Assembly: GCF_036321535.1 (NCBI RefSeq)
Contig: NC_087438.1
Span: 13,456,001 to 13,520,000 of the forward strand
Length of the DNA: 64,000 nucleotides
Source of the DNA: Camelus dromedarius
Lineage: Eukaryota
Reading direction: 5' to 3'
Position numbers and translations under genes: made by a program. The notes beneath the pieces are model-generated. The model saw only the letters and a program-made list of their open reading frames with translations. It was not told where the DNA came from and did not search any database. Numbering within the stretch: the stretch's first letter is position 1; each line of letters begins with the position of its first letter. Shown one piece after another: positions 51,011-63,508 of the stretch.

Positions 51011-51279
51011 ACATGGTATATTAAAATTACTTCAATCCCCCTACTAATCAAATTGATTTAATTAAAATGGTGAAGTCTACAAATTGGCAAAAATTTAAAG
51101 AATATTATCCATTCATGGTTGGGGTAGAACATATAAGAATTATTTAATCTTTTGTCTATTGTCAGAAGTAATTGGTACAAATGTTCTTGAAGAAAACTTA
51201 GGAGAAGTACTAAAAGCTCTTAAAAAGCATACAATGTTTAATTATGATATTCAACATAGGAACTGACATTAAGAAAACG

Positions 51280-51548
51280 TTTATTGTGTATGTATGTACC
51301 ACATTTTCTTTATCCATTTATTGGTCTCTGAACACTTCCTGTATTTTGGCCACTGTGAATAATGCCACAGTGAACAGGAGTATGCAAACATCTCTTCAAG
51401 ATAGTGCTTTTATTTCCTTTGGATATATACCCAGAAGTGGGACTGCTGGATCACACTGTACATCTTAACTAGGTATAATTTTTTGTCAAATATACCTTAA
51501 CAAATCTGGGGAATTTTTTTTAACAAGAAAATAAAGCTATTATGAAAT
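51280..51548 (+). mobile_element. L1MA-type 3' end with 5' inversion
   Basis: Antisense ORF2-end text 51280-~51455, then sense cactgtacatcttaa...gtcaaatataccttaacaaatctgggg; flanks ttaagaaaa on both sides. Confidence 0.7.
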
Positions 51549-51836
51549 TTAAGAAAATCTGTATGTATGAACTATATTAGTAAGGCAAAGTTGTATATTA
51601 TACAGTGTTATGAAAATGGTTATACTCTATGCAGCCACTAGGAAAGTGGTTGACATGAATGAATGGTTTGATTCATCAGTTTTCTCTCATGTATTATTTA
51701 TTTATTTTTTTGCAGCCTAATTTTTTTCTAGGTGTTTGTTCTGTTTTACTGTGAGTTTTAGTATTCTCCGCAAGGTCCATTGTGGGCATGTTGATAAAAA
51801 CATGTATAAATCTTTGGTTAAAAATATCTAAACATA

Positions 51837-52411
51837 TGTCTTAGTTTCTTTTGGCTATGATGCACCTCCCAGTCTCTTCTCATTACCTAAAGCCTAGTTC
51901 TAAACCTGACTCTTAAGTACTTGTGATCGCAGCACCCTACTTCCTGCTTCCTGCTACCAAAATCTGTACGTTTCCTATGACTACTGTAACGCATTCCCAC
52001 CAATCTGTTAACTTAAAAAACAATGGAATTTCATTCTTTCACATTTCTTAAGACCAGATCCCAAACCACAATTTTTCAAGGCTGCACTCTTTCCAAAGGC
52101 TCCAGGGGAGAATCCATTTCTTACCTCTCCTGGGTACTGGGAGTTGCTGGCATTCCTGGATTTGAGGTCACATCATCCCAATCTCTGCCTCTGTCTTCAC
52201 AAAGCTTTCTCCTCTGTGTGTGTCAGGATCATAGAGTTTGCGTTTGGGACCTATCCTGATAATCCTGGGGAAATTCTTCCTTTTAAGAACTTCAACTTAG
52301 TCACATCTAAATAAAGATAATATTTATTCTTGTGCTATATCAGATAATATCCACCATTCTGAGGATTAGAATCCTGACATGTCTTTGGTGCCATGATTCA
52401 GCCCACCACTA
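51837..52411 (-). mobile_element. Collapsed MLT1C-like element: LTR stub + ~100 bp internal + full LTR
   Basis: tgtcttagtttc stub; int end cagcaccctacttcctg...accaaaatc|tgtac at 51965; LTR ends attcagcccaccac; flanks acata/atata. Confidence 0.75.
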
Positions 52412-52949
52412 TATATATTTACAGAACAGTAAGTGGAAACTAAAAATAGAATTTGCTTTCTGTAATGAAACCATAATCCTACATATTTTAATGCATTTTA
52501 CTTCATTCTATTGGAAGTGAAGTTTAAAAAGTGAATTTGCAGTTATGAAGTATATTGTTTTGCTGGATTTTGATTAATTGAAGTTCTGCCAACATTAATA
52601 TTTTCTCATCAGTGTGGGGAGCAAAAATTGAATTTTTGACTTTATTATGAAATGCAATCATTTCCCTCTGCACTCTTTAAAGAACTGAAAACATTCCCTG
52701 TCACCTTCTGTGGCTCCTTCCCGCCAAGGTAATTCCCTACTACTTGCCAAGGTCCTGCTCTTGCCTGAATGAATGGCCTGCATATCTGATACTCTTCCTC
52801 ATGTCATGTCTTGTCACTTCCCAGAGGCACAATGCAAGCAATTGATTTTCCTTTAAGATATTTGCTCTAAAAGAAGCCAAAAACTTGTCACAAGTTGAAG
52901 ACGAAGGGCAGAAGGGTGCCTTAAAATTGTGAGGTGAGCCAGGGGGCAA

Positions 52950-53060
52950 TAGAGCAGAGTGAACGAGCGCAGGCTTTGAGGTGAGACAGACCACCAGCTG
53001 TGGCCCCTGGGCAGTCAGAGAACTCTCGTGGGCTTTAATGGCCACAGCTGTGAAACTGAT
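52950..53060 (+). mobile_element. MIR fragment
   Basis: gagcgcaggctttgaggtgagacagac...agctgtggcccctgggcagtca. Confidence 0.55.
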
Positions 53061-53214
53061 GTGACCATCCCGCCAGTGCCCACGACTGTTATAAAGGCAG
53101 TCACATGGCACATGCATGTGTAATTATTGGTTGTTATTTATCATCACTGAGGTGAGATATAGAAATAGCTTAGCAGAGGGTCTGATGTGAGGTGGGTTTT
53201 TTTTGGTATTTTAT

Positions 53215-53540
53215 TTTATTTTTCCAATTTTCTTGAGATTCACATTTATTTATAATTGACACAGAGCACTATATAAATTTAAGGTCTACAGCATGACTCG
53301 ACTTTACATATATTGTGAAGTGATAACCACAATAAGTTTAGTTAACATCCATCAAGTCATATTAAAAAAAAGAAGAAAAGATTTTTTTTCCCTTGTCTTG
53401 AGAACTCAGGATCCACTCTGTTAACATCTTTCAAACATGCCACACAGCAGTGTTAACCATGGCATCGTGTTGTACATGACATTCTCAGTCCTTATGTATC
53501 TTATAACTGGAAGTTTGTGCCTTTTGACCACCTTCCTCCA
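53215..53540 (-). mobile_element. L1MA9-like 3' end
   Basis: caataagtttagttaacatccatc...ttataactggaagtttgtgccttttgaccaccttc. Confidence 0.85.
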
Positions 53541-53609
53541 GGGGTGGCAGGTGGGGGACTTGGATGAGGGAGATTTTTAAATTTTAAGAAGTGTCTATTA
53601 TCTTATTAA

Positions 53610-54010
53610 CTATGGGATAGGATATTCTTCCTTATGCCATGACAGGCTACAGTAACAACTCCCAAATCTCAGGGATGTAGACAAATAAAGATAATCTCAT
53701 TTTCATGTTACAAGCCCCTTGAAGAGAATCAAGGTGGCCTCTGCTCACCGAGGTCACGCTGAGATTTCAGGGACCCAGCTAGTTGGAGTTTCAAACTCAA
53801 CGCCATGCACAGGACTTTTAAAGCAGGATGATGAGAATTTGGTGACTTATTCTTTGGCTTTACAGTCTCCACTTTAATACTCACATTGCTTCCAATCTTT
53901 TTTATTGCCTGCACAAGTCACCAGGAGAATGCCTAACTTTCAGGAGGATCAAAAAGGACAGTCTTGTCACACGGCAGGGAGAGAACAAGAGTGTTTGTAT
54001 TCTGCTCTTA
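53610..54010 (-). mobile_element. Ancient MLT1 (K/L-like) LTR
   Basis: gctacagtaacaactcccaaatctcag...ctctgctca...tcagggacccag. Confidence 0.55.
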
Positions 54011-54262
54011 TGATTAATCCCAAGCATACAAGTAAAGGACCCAGCAATTAGACTATGATTTCTCTTTAATCAAATCCCAAATGTGTGTAAAATAGAAAAA
54101 TGTTGAAGTGGAAATAACACAGTGCTGTTTACTAGACTCTCATAATAGCAACCTTACGAAATTTGTGAAATGCACTGATATTTTTTCCAACCCCATTTTA
54201 ATCAGCGGAGATCTGACCAGGAATAAGTATGGCCGTATGATGACAAGATACAAAATTACAAG

Positions 54263-54646
54263 TGTTAAAATAAAATTTTCCACAGACAATTTACTGATCA
54301 GGCAGATGATTCATGAACTGGGCAGCATCCAATCTAGCAGACAGAAAAGAGCTCCGATAAACTGCACAAGGCGGAAGATTTTTATAGACCCAAGAGAGCA
54401 GGAGCAAGGACGCTATACCGGGTATTTGATGATTGGTTAAAATGAGGTTACTTTCCTTATATGGAGCAAAAGGAAATCTTGGAACCAGGTCAGGTAACTT
54501 GTGCTGAGCAGCTAAGTGCCAACTGTTTTACCTGAGGCTCCCTTTTCTGGGACAGTCAAGGATAGAGATTTAGTTAAATTTGGGGTTGTTAACGTGGGGT
54601 TTAGCGTGAGAGACTCCATCTTGAGCCTAATCTGGTTCCTTTAACA
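54263..54646 (-). mobile_element. ERV1-class solo LTR (MER93-like)
   Basis: Termini TGTTAAA...TTTAACA; gattcatgaactgggcagcatcc and gactccatcttg motifs. Confidence 0.75.
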
Positions 54647-54694
54647 TGAAATCCACAAACAACAATCCGAGAAATTAATACCTGGCAGTGAAAC

Positions 54695-54805
54695 TCAAAG
54701 ACCCATATTTATGGAACGATTATGTGTTCCAGACATTGTCCTCGGGTGGTGTGAAGACAGTAGTGAATAAAAGAGACACCAAGCCCTACTTCTCACATTC
54801 TAGAT
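54695..54805 (-). mobile_element. L2 3' fragment
   Basis: atatttatggaacgattatgtgttccagacattgtcct...gtgaataaaagagac. Confidence 0.65.
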
Positions 54806-55039
54806 ATATTTGTTAATGTTGGTTATTTAATATAAAGGAAAAAAAAAAGTCTTCCTTTGTGTGGTATGGAAGAGGCATCCCTCACCAACTCCATGGGAGT
54901 TTTCTTGTGCTTATGAAGAATTTGTCCGAAACTCGAGTATGTTCTCCTTTTTCTGCAATGGTCTCCCACAGGGGCTCACTGTGAGAGGTACCCTAACAGG
55001 TTACAGCCTTAACTGCTGACGTATATAAAGACAAGACGT

Positions 55040-55270
55040 AGAAGAGGCATACGTGGACTCTGGGACCAGGCTACCAGGGACCAGGTGCTGACACAGCTAC
55101 TACAAGTTAAGAGACCTTTGGTGAGTCACTTTACTAATTTCCGCTTTGGTTTCCTCAACTGGCCCTGCATCTGATGCTGAGAGGGAGCTCTCCCTCACAG
55201 CTTACTGTTAGGAATATAATTGTCTAATACGTGTGAAAGCACTGAGAACAGTGCCTGGCGTATCATATTA
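55040..55270 (+). mobile_element. MIR SINE
   Basis: gtggactctgg...ttggtttcctca...gtgaaagcactgagaacagtgcctggc. Confidence 0.75.
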
Positions 55271-55574
55271 CATCTACCTCTTGGGTAGATATGGGAATGG
55301 CAACAAATATGTAAAACACGATGTTCCTTTTCCAAATCAAAGGCCAACAGAAGGCTTCTGACACGCTGTCTTCAACATCCCCATAAATAAGTTTTCCCTT
55401 TGCACTTTAGGGTCATGTATGGATGATCGTCTGTTCACCGGTAAAACTTAAAAACTTCGCAGAGATTCTGTTGCTTTGCTGAAAATGTATTTTGAGAATG
55501 AAAGCCAGTTTCTAGTCCAACAGGAGTAGTTGAATTGAAGCTCTGATTTAATTTTTTCACTAGCTGATTTTGTG

Positions 55575-55730
55575 TCATGTTTCACTTTATTAGTTTATCG
55601 TATGTCTCCTCCTCTAGAATATGAGCCCCATGAAGGCAGAGATTTTGTCTTGTTTTCTTCTCTGTACCAAGCATCTAGAATAAAGTCTGACACTTACATG
55701 TTAATCAACATTTTTGTAGTAATGAGTACA
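55575..55730 (+). mobile_element. L2 3' end
   Basis: tgtctcctcctctagaatatgagccccatgaaggcagagattttgtc. Confidence 0.8.
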
Positions 55731-56049
55731 AATTTAAAAGGAGTGAAACTCATCTTTCCACGTATCAGCCTCTTACCGAGACAGCCTCCCAGTAAAGATT
55801 CTGCCTGGAAGAATTTGCTTGGCTTGAGAATTGCTTGATCTGACAGTTTGTCAGACTATTGGATCATAATCCTAGTGGTTATGATTTTTCTTTCTTTTTA
55901 AGATGAACGGCCACCAATGCCAGTTACATTTTCATGAAGAGAGGAAGCTGGGTACACAGTAATTTACTTTGGGTAAATTAAAAAATACATGTTTTCACCT
56001 GGTTTATTTTGGTTTTCCACCAAGCGGTGATAGATAACAAATGACATGC

Positions 56050-56320
56050 TTTTCTCAAAATTAGGTTCATAAAGGGTATCATTCACATACAAAAATTAAA
56101 TTCTCTTTTAGATGTACAGTTGGTCAAATGCATAAAGCTGGGTAACCACCACCATGATCCTAATATAGAATACTTCCATCTCTCCAAGTTTCTTGTGTCC
56201 CTTTTTGTTCAATTTCCTCCTCCCACACCAACCTTGTAACCACTAATCTGATAACTGTTCTCGAAGTTTGCCTTTCAGTATGTCATATAATGGAATCAGA
56301 CAGTATGTAAATTATATTTG
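56050..56320 (-). mobile_element. L1MB/ME 3' end
   Basis: gtaaccaccaccatgatc...atagaatacttccatc...aaccactaatctg...tcatataatggaatca. Confidence 0.75.
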
Positions 56321-59004
56321 TGTTTCAACTATTTTTTGGACCTCTGTGTTCTAGTGGATGTAGAATTGGATTCAGAATTAATCATCTGATGTAATTTTAT
56401 TGGAAAATATGGTGTGTGTATAGATAGATAGCTGTAGACATAGATACAGATAGAAAATACATGAAGAGAATGCATGGAAGGTGATGAAAATACTGGCATC
56501 TTACAGATGTGTTTTTATACTGTTGTGTTGACATTTGTTTATTCCATGAGTAGTTGATCACTTTGCACATGACTCCCGCGTACATAGCCCTGTATTATGC
56601 AGCTTAGAAATCCATAACTAAAATATTTGAGGCAAGAGAGCTGAGTGTGAAAAATATAATATATTTATATGTTTTTTCTCAATACATAAAAAATAAACAA
56701 AATTTTTCCAAACCCCTCCTCCTCCAATAATAAACTCCTCACTGTGACAAGCATTCTCCCAGTTTATAAAGCTAGTTTTTTTCTCCTTTTAGTCAACATT
56801 GACATTTTTCTCTCTCATGACCAATCATTTGCCACTTATTAAACATTTACTTAAACACCATTCCTATTGAGAAAAATATATCTAGGTTTCAAAAGAAAAG
56901 CTTCTACTCAGCAATTCATCGAAGACAAGTACTTCACTTATTCTCACAGACTAAGGAAATACAATAAAAAAATGTTTTTGTTTTTGTTTTTGTTTTTTGT
57001 ACTCTGCCCTTTCCTGCTTAATGAGATTGCTTAGCAAGTCAAATGACACAATGAGGAAGAAGTCAAATGACCATCGTTGTGAAGTCACTGAACATCATTT
57101 TCGCTGTCACCTTTCTAATTTTTCTTCTTCTACTGCAACTTTCCTGACTGGATAATTCTTCTCATCTTCCCCTGCTCCAGATTCATCCTTTGCCCGGCTC
57201 TTAGTTTTATCTGCATAACACAGAGTTCTAACCCTATTATTATTGCCCAGCTAAATTGTTCTTGATGGTCCTTCACCACGGAACTAAGTAAGCCCAGACT
57301 TCCTATTCTGCCGCTTACAACCATCTGCAAGACTGTTGTAAGAAACGTTCTTTGCTTTATCTTTTTGCTTCATCCCGACATATTCTTATACTCTCCTTCT
57401 TTTGCATTTTGGGCTATTTTTGGAATGAGCCCAAACTAACTTTTCTCTCACTTGGAAGGTCCTGGCACATTTGTGGTGCAAAGTAAATATCAGTTCTCTC
57501 CAGTAAACCGGGAAGGAAGTAGGCAATATCAAATCTATAGTTTTAAGATATTTTAGAGTTAATAAATAAATAAAGTTGATTAATATCATCTTTGTTTAGC
57601 TATTATAAATTATATGATCAGATTATAGTTAATTTTATTATGCATTTCTTGTACACCAGTAATTACATTTGGTAAAGTATTATTGTTATTACTTTCAAAC
57701 AATAATTACAGCATTGTAAATGCCATTATTTAATGGGTTGAATGCAAATAGCAATTATCTTCATGATAAATTATAAAAGAATTCTCTATAACCATGAATG
57801 CTTTAAAATTCATTGAAAATTAAAAGACTAGATATTAGGCAAGTCAGGCAAAGACCTTTTGTGACAGTTAATAAAATTTAAATCTTAAAATCTCCGTAAA
57901 GCTGTATTGCCACAGAATTTGTTACTGAAAATTCCTCTACCATGAGAACTTCAAAAAGATGAAACCTAATGAACCTCTTTTTTCTCTCTCATACACACTA
58001 CTATATACACAAAACACACTTACATCAACAACTTGCAGATGGTGTCAGAGGGTGTGTGAAGAAATTTAAGGCAACCATTTGTGCACTGTGGGCTCATGAA
58101 CTCTGGAACGTATCAGATTGTGCTAAGGCCTCAAACTACAACTCCTTAAATCAAGAAGTCCTTAACTATTAACATATATCATAGATCTAATTTCGTAGCT
58201 GTTAAATTGAAACAAGTCTAGATATTGTTCTGACACTAAACAACATATAGATGATGAACTAATTTTCCATAATTTGAGAGAATGAAAGCAGACATATTTC
58301 AAGTGAATGAAGATAACATAATTTAGGAAGCATTATGTCTTCTCTAATCATTCCCATATCTTTAGGCTGAATTAGAAATACTCCTACACAAGTGTGTCTG
58401 TGTGGCACAATTAAAGGTTCTTTCTCTGAATAAGTTTACCAATTGGTATGAACATAAATTCAATATAAAAAGGGACAGGTGTGTATATAGGTTAAGACTT
58501 TTTGATTAAAGATATATGCTAAATATCAGTCCATTCATTATTTGAGTTTTCCTCTAATTTGCTTATTAACGGTTTGATTTTTATATAACTTTTTCTATAT
58601 AGCAGTATGTAACTATGTTTGTATCTATGTATACACAGATGTGTGTGCATATACACACATAATTTCACAGCAGTTGCTAGTGCTGCTTTAGTGTCTTTGA
58701 TTTGATTAGTCTACTAAAAACCAAGGGGACATCAGTTGAAAACAAAGCACAAAAAAAGTATATCCACATTTGACTTCACTAACTTTCTTCTAGAGGGTTG
58801 ACTCGGAGACAGCATGCCAGGTCACCAGCTGACAAATCAAATGCTTATTTTATTAAAGTATACTGATGTCCTTGGTATATCACATAAGCAGTCAACGTGT
58901 TTACACTATTGGGTATTTTTACTTTAATAATCTGGGTTTAGATTCTCATATGGGGCAGGGCAGACCAATGGGTAAACTCGTGAAAGCTAAATTCTAATTA
59001 CCTA

Positions 59005-59205
59005 AGCTCAGTACTGGCTCCAATACTTTCTAGCTGTATGACCAGTAACAAGACACTTAAACCGTCTGTACCTTAGTTTTTTCATACATAACATGAAGTT
59101 AACAATCTTATAGTGCATTGTGAAGTCTAAATGGATTAATATTTGTAACATGCTTAGATCAGTGACTGACTCATAGTAGGCATTATTACATAAATATTTG
59201 TTTAA
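59005..59205 (+). mobile_element. MIR SINE
   Basis: tagctgtatgacc...acttaaaccgtctgtaccttagttttttcat; antisense ORF reads MKKLRYRRFK...GHTA, a typical MIR artefact. Confidence 0.8.
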
Positions 59206-59462
59206 TAAAATAAAATGATCCATTTTATTTCTTGTGGGTCAGATGCTTAAGAAAGAGGTTGAAGTTTTCCTGTTGTGCCAGCCATATAATTTACATGATT
59301 AATTTTTTATTCTAAATTCTCTGCTTCTCCCTTTTATTTAACTAGAATTTCGTGTCTAATTGTACCATTTACAAGTAGAATCGTTCATACATTTAGAGAT
59401 GAAAGGCCTGACTGTGTTTGTTGTAATGTTTAATTTCTCTCTGTGCCTGTGACTAAGAGAAT

Positions 59463-59485
59463 GAGAGAGAGAGAGAGAGAGAGAG
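59463..59485. repeat. (GA)n microsatellite
   Basis: Seen directly. Confidence 0.9.
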
Positions 59486-60479
59486 GACTTTTAAATCTAA
59501 AGCATCTATAATGTTCTTCATTTGGTAGATAGTCATTGATCACTATTCAGTGTTTTCACCACAAATAGAAAAATGATGAGTGAAGACATGGCCCATGCTT
59601 TTAAACAGTTTATATTCTAGAAATTTTATATAATCTACTCAATATGAAGGCATAATGAGAAATAACATTCCAGTAATTATTATATCAATTTGATCTTCTC
59701 TTCATTACTATTTAATGCATCATTTAATGGACTTCATTTTTCTTAACACAAGAAGCAAAAATGTAGCACTGCCACATTTTTTTTCCAAATTGAATCATAT
59801 AAAAATCAATGTACCATCAATATAACTTCACAGAAAGGAACTATAGCTTAATGAGACAATGAATGACATGCACTAAGAATAAATGGTAATATTTCACAAA
59901 AATAGACATCAATTTATTTAAAAGCTAATTTTGAAATAAATATGGCATTTTAAATTGAAAAGATAGAAAAATAGTTACAGTGCTAATTATGGCTACTCTG
60001 AAATGTGTTGTCTCCTCTAAAAAAATGTCCTTTTTTTACACTCTTAGTCAAGGACATCACACTGGAACTCCACAATTACAAAGAATGGATTTGCCAATAA
60101 ACAGATGAAAGACTTAAAAAAAATTCCAAAATTACAGAAGACAGAAAGCAGAGAAAGAGTTGGTACTTGCAACTGCAGAGATGATGAAGGAGCAGGTTTA
60201 TGTGCTCATGGAATAATTAAAAACAAATCTAACATAGTACCATTGAAATACAGACAAGACAAAGAAGGAAAAACAATAGTCCATTTTTCATTTGCTTCAA
60301 GTATAGAATTTTCTTCTTGCCTATTCTCACGTCAACCTAAAGAAAACAAACCTGGTCAAGAAGCTTCAAACCTGCACTCACAGCCAGCACATTTCTGTTT
60401 TAGTGCCACTTGCTGAGTGAATAAACAAGATGAGTTAACTTCAAGTTGAGTGATTTAGATAAAAATAATCAAGACTTTG

Positions 60480-61100
60480 GAGAACTAAAATAAATGAAAC
60501 TTTATTATATTTCATATACATGAAAATATTCACACATAAATTAGAATTGGATGTTTTGATAACAAAATAATCTGAGGATAATTAGGAAATCTTGGAAATT
60601 GAGAATTTACATGTTGAAATATTAAAAATTCATTAAGATCATTCTAATACAACATTAAGATTACTGTCAAGAGTGTTAAGACCACCACCACCACCACCAG
60701 CAAAGAGTAGATTTAACAAAGGAATAAGAATCAAAACGACAGCAGATTTTTTTCTATAGGACCACTGGATATTGGAAAACAGTGGGGCATTGCCTTCAAT
60801 TTTGAAGAATAACACTTTTAAAATGTAGAATAGATATCCTGGAATGTTCATTGAACATAAGTGCATAATAAAATATTCACTTCCGTGAAGGACCTCAAAC
60901 AATGTAATTTAAGAAAGAGAAATATTTGGAAACAATGGCATCAGACTGAGAAAACCAATGAGGGGAGCCAAACCTAGCCATCCAAGACCTTGGTCTTAAT
61001 ACATACAGTAGCCAGCTCAGATTAGAGGAGGATACAGGCATCCAGTGCTTGGCAAAAATAAAAGGCATCGTAGAGAGTAACTTGCCATGTAGCTTTAATA
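60480..61100 (+). mobile_element. HAL1/L1 ORF1-like fossil
   Basis: ggaataagaatcaaaacgacagcagatttt...cactggatattggaaaacagtggggcattgccttcaa. Confidence 0.6.
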
Positions 61101-61703
61101 ATGTAGATTATATTAAGGACACTACTGAAGAAAAAGATGATATACTTAGCATTTTAGTTTACAAATAATTAAATATTTCAAGTGGAAATATGTTTAGAGA
61201 AAAAAAGGTTGTGCTTAAATTTATCATGTATTGAATACACTCTCATTAATAAGCAGAAGATATTTCTAATATGTGCACCTTAGTAAAACTACTTTACTGT
61301 AATACTATTTATTTTAGTTTCACAAAATGAGGGGAAGGAAATGCAAGTGATATACACAGTAATTAGAATATTTAGTTAGAACTAGGCATTTCTTTAACTC
61401 ATCTTGGGCTTTAAAAATGCCTTAGTTCACACTGTTTTGAGATATTGGAGTAATATGAGTAAATTATGGGAGGTGAGAAACAGGAAACGGGTGATGAGTA
61501 AAAGGGCTTAAATGTTAAGTTATAATTCTGACCTTTACAACATCAAGGGATATTAATTTTTAGTTCTTAGGAGAGAAATAACAACAAAAACAATAAAAAA
61601 CATTTCTGGCATCAATGTCATGAGAAAAATCAGGCAAACTGTGAATGCTTCTGAAGTGCATTATTTAGAGAAGAGCCCTGAAGTGGACCATCCCAGTCCT
61701 TAC

Positions 61704-61795
61704 AAACATTAATCCATAACAGTGAGAGGTCAATAGCATATTCATAATGAGATATAGCCATTTGACATTTAATGGAATATTCAGATTCACAAAGT
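61704..61795 (-). other. Candidate 92-nt exon (unidentified transcript)
   Basis: Minus strand tttcctttctctttttcatag|ACT...TTT|gtaagg; two open frames. Confidence 0.28.
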
Positions 61796-62324
61796 CTATG
61801 AAAAAGAGAAAGGAAACCAAAGCTCTGTCCTCAAACGTTTCTGGTTGTTTCAATACAACATGTTGAGTATATGTCAAACCCACTGTGATGACTGTTGCTA
61901 AGCAGTACTTGCTGGGGTTTGTTTCCACATAAACCATCTTATTTCATTACAATATTATAGCGTAAGTAGCATTTTCTTGGAAGAAAATTGTACTTGTGTG
62001 ACTGAAGTTCTTAATAAGCACTTTTATCCCTCCACCTTGTTTTAAAATTTAAAGACTTTTGTACCTACACCAGGTTAGAAAATATCTGCATTTTTTGGAT
62101 ATCTTGATTATAACTGAATTGAAAATTACCCGCTAATTGTATTCATAAAATCTTCTGTCATCAGATTTTCTTTCATCACCATTTCTTGGCTAATAACTAC
62201 TGAAAGATTAGGAGTTGAACAAAAACTAAAAGAAAAGATGATAGGATAATGGTCTCAGGCTGAATAAAAATGATGACAAGGAAATCACTCAGATACCAGT
62301 ACAATACAAAAATAGGTATTTTTT

Positions 62325-62865
62325 GACTCATGCATTTTATATCACTGCTTTTAACAAATCATTACATACTTAGCAGCTAATCAGCACACATTTATTATGA
62401 GAATTGTTAGGAGTCCAGGCAGAGATTAACTGGGTCTTCTGCTCAGGATCTGACCAGGCAGAAGTCAATTTGTTGCTCAGGCCTGTGGTCTGGTTTGAAC
62501 CTCAGACTTCTCTTCCAAGCTCATTCAATTGTTGGCTGAATCCAGTTCCTTGAAGCTATTAGACAGAAGTGCTGTTGTTGTCGTGTTGTAGGCTGTTGGC
62601 CAGGGTTTGCTTGGTTTGCTCTCAGCAACTATAAGTTACCCTCAGGTCCTAGTTTCACAAGCCCCTTTCAAAACAAGCCCCTCTCAAAGCTAGAAGGAGG
62701 ATCTCATTTGCTTCAAATCTCTCCATCTAGTCTCCTAAATTGGAGTCTCAGATGACGTAAGCTGTTCAGAAGAGTGAAATCCCATAATACAAGTTCTGTC
62801 ATCAGTCCAGGGGACGAGATCAACAGGATGTACACCAGAGCACAGGAACCTTAGAAAGTTGCCTA
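62325..62865 (-). mobile_element. MLT1E-like LTR
   Basis: acacatttattat...aactgggtcttctgctcagg...cttccaagctcattca...ttgttggctgaatccagttcctt. Confidence 0.75.
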
Positions 62866-62943
62866 ATAGAATTCAACAAACCAGTCTGAATGTCAATAAG
62901 ATTTGAGTAATTAAAAACTGTATTGAACCCTCATTAATGGCCT

Positions 62944-63118
62944 TAGTAATTCTCAAATCTGGTGTCTATTTGAATTAAATATTAATCTTTAAAATATAAG
63001 AATTACTAGGCTCCATTCCAGCCAATTAAGTTAAAATTTCTGATAATGTAGCCAGGCTACAATATTTTTAACATTTATCCAGAGATTCTAATATTCATTC
63101 AGTGTCAAAAGCCACTTC
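62944..63118. mobile_element. MER5-like hAT MITE
   Basis: tagtaattctcaaa...ttttaaca...gattctaat...aagccact; ~175 bp. Confidence 0.55.
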
Positions 63119-63194
63119 CTTTAATAGAAACAGCACATGAAAATTTGTGTTAATATAGCTTATGTTATCCCCATGAATCTTAAATTTTCTTTTA

Positions 63195-63508
63195 CAGGCA
63201 GACCTTGATAAGTTGCAGGTTCAGTTCCAGACCACCGTGAGAAAGTGAATATTTCAATAAGGCAAGTCACACAAATTTGTTGGTTTCCCAGTGCATATAA
63301 AGGTTATGGGTACACCAAATTGCAGTCTAGTAAGTGTGCAATAACATTATGTCTAAAAAATTGTGCACACATTAATTAAAAAACACTTTATTTTTACAAA
63401 GTGCCAACTGCCATCTAAAACATAGAGTTCCACAAATCTTCAATTTGTAAAACACATAGTATTTGTTAAATGCAATAAAGTAAAGCTTAATCAAACAGGG
63501 TCTGCCTG
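63195..63508 (-). mobile_element. Tigger1-derived MITE (internal-deletion derivative)
   Basis: TA TSD on both sides; perfect 10-bp TIR CAGGCAGACC...GGTCTGCCTG; both ends match Tigger1 termini. Confidence 0.92.

Noticed and set aside
52740..53117. 125-aa minus-strand ORF
   Set aside because: Overlaps a MIR fragment, has no recognisable domain and no convincing splice context
60232..60336. Strong minus-strand acceptor (tttgttttctttag|G) opening VDVRIGKKKILYLKQMKNG...
   Set aside because: No good donor before the stop codon; the nearest upstream GTGAGT would give an implausibly short intron
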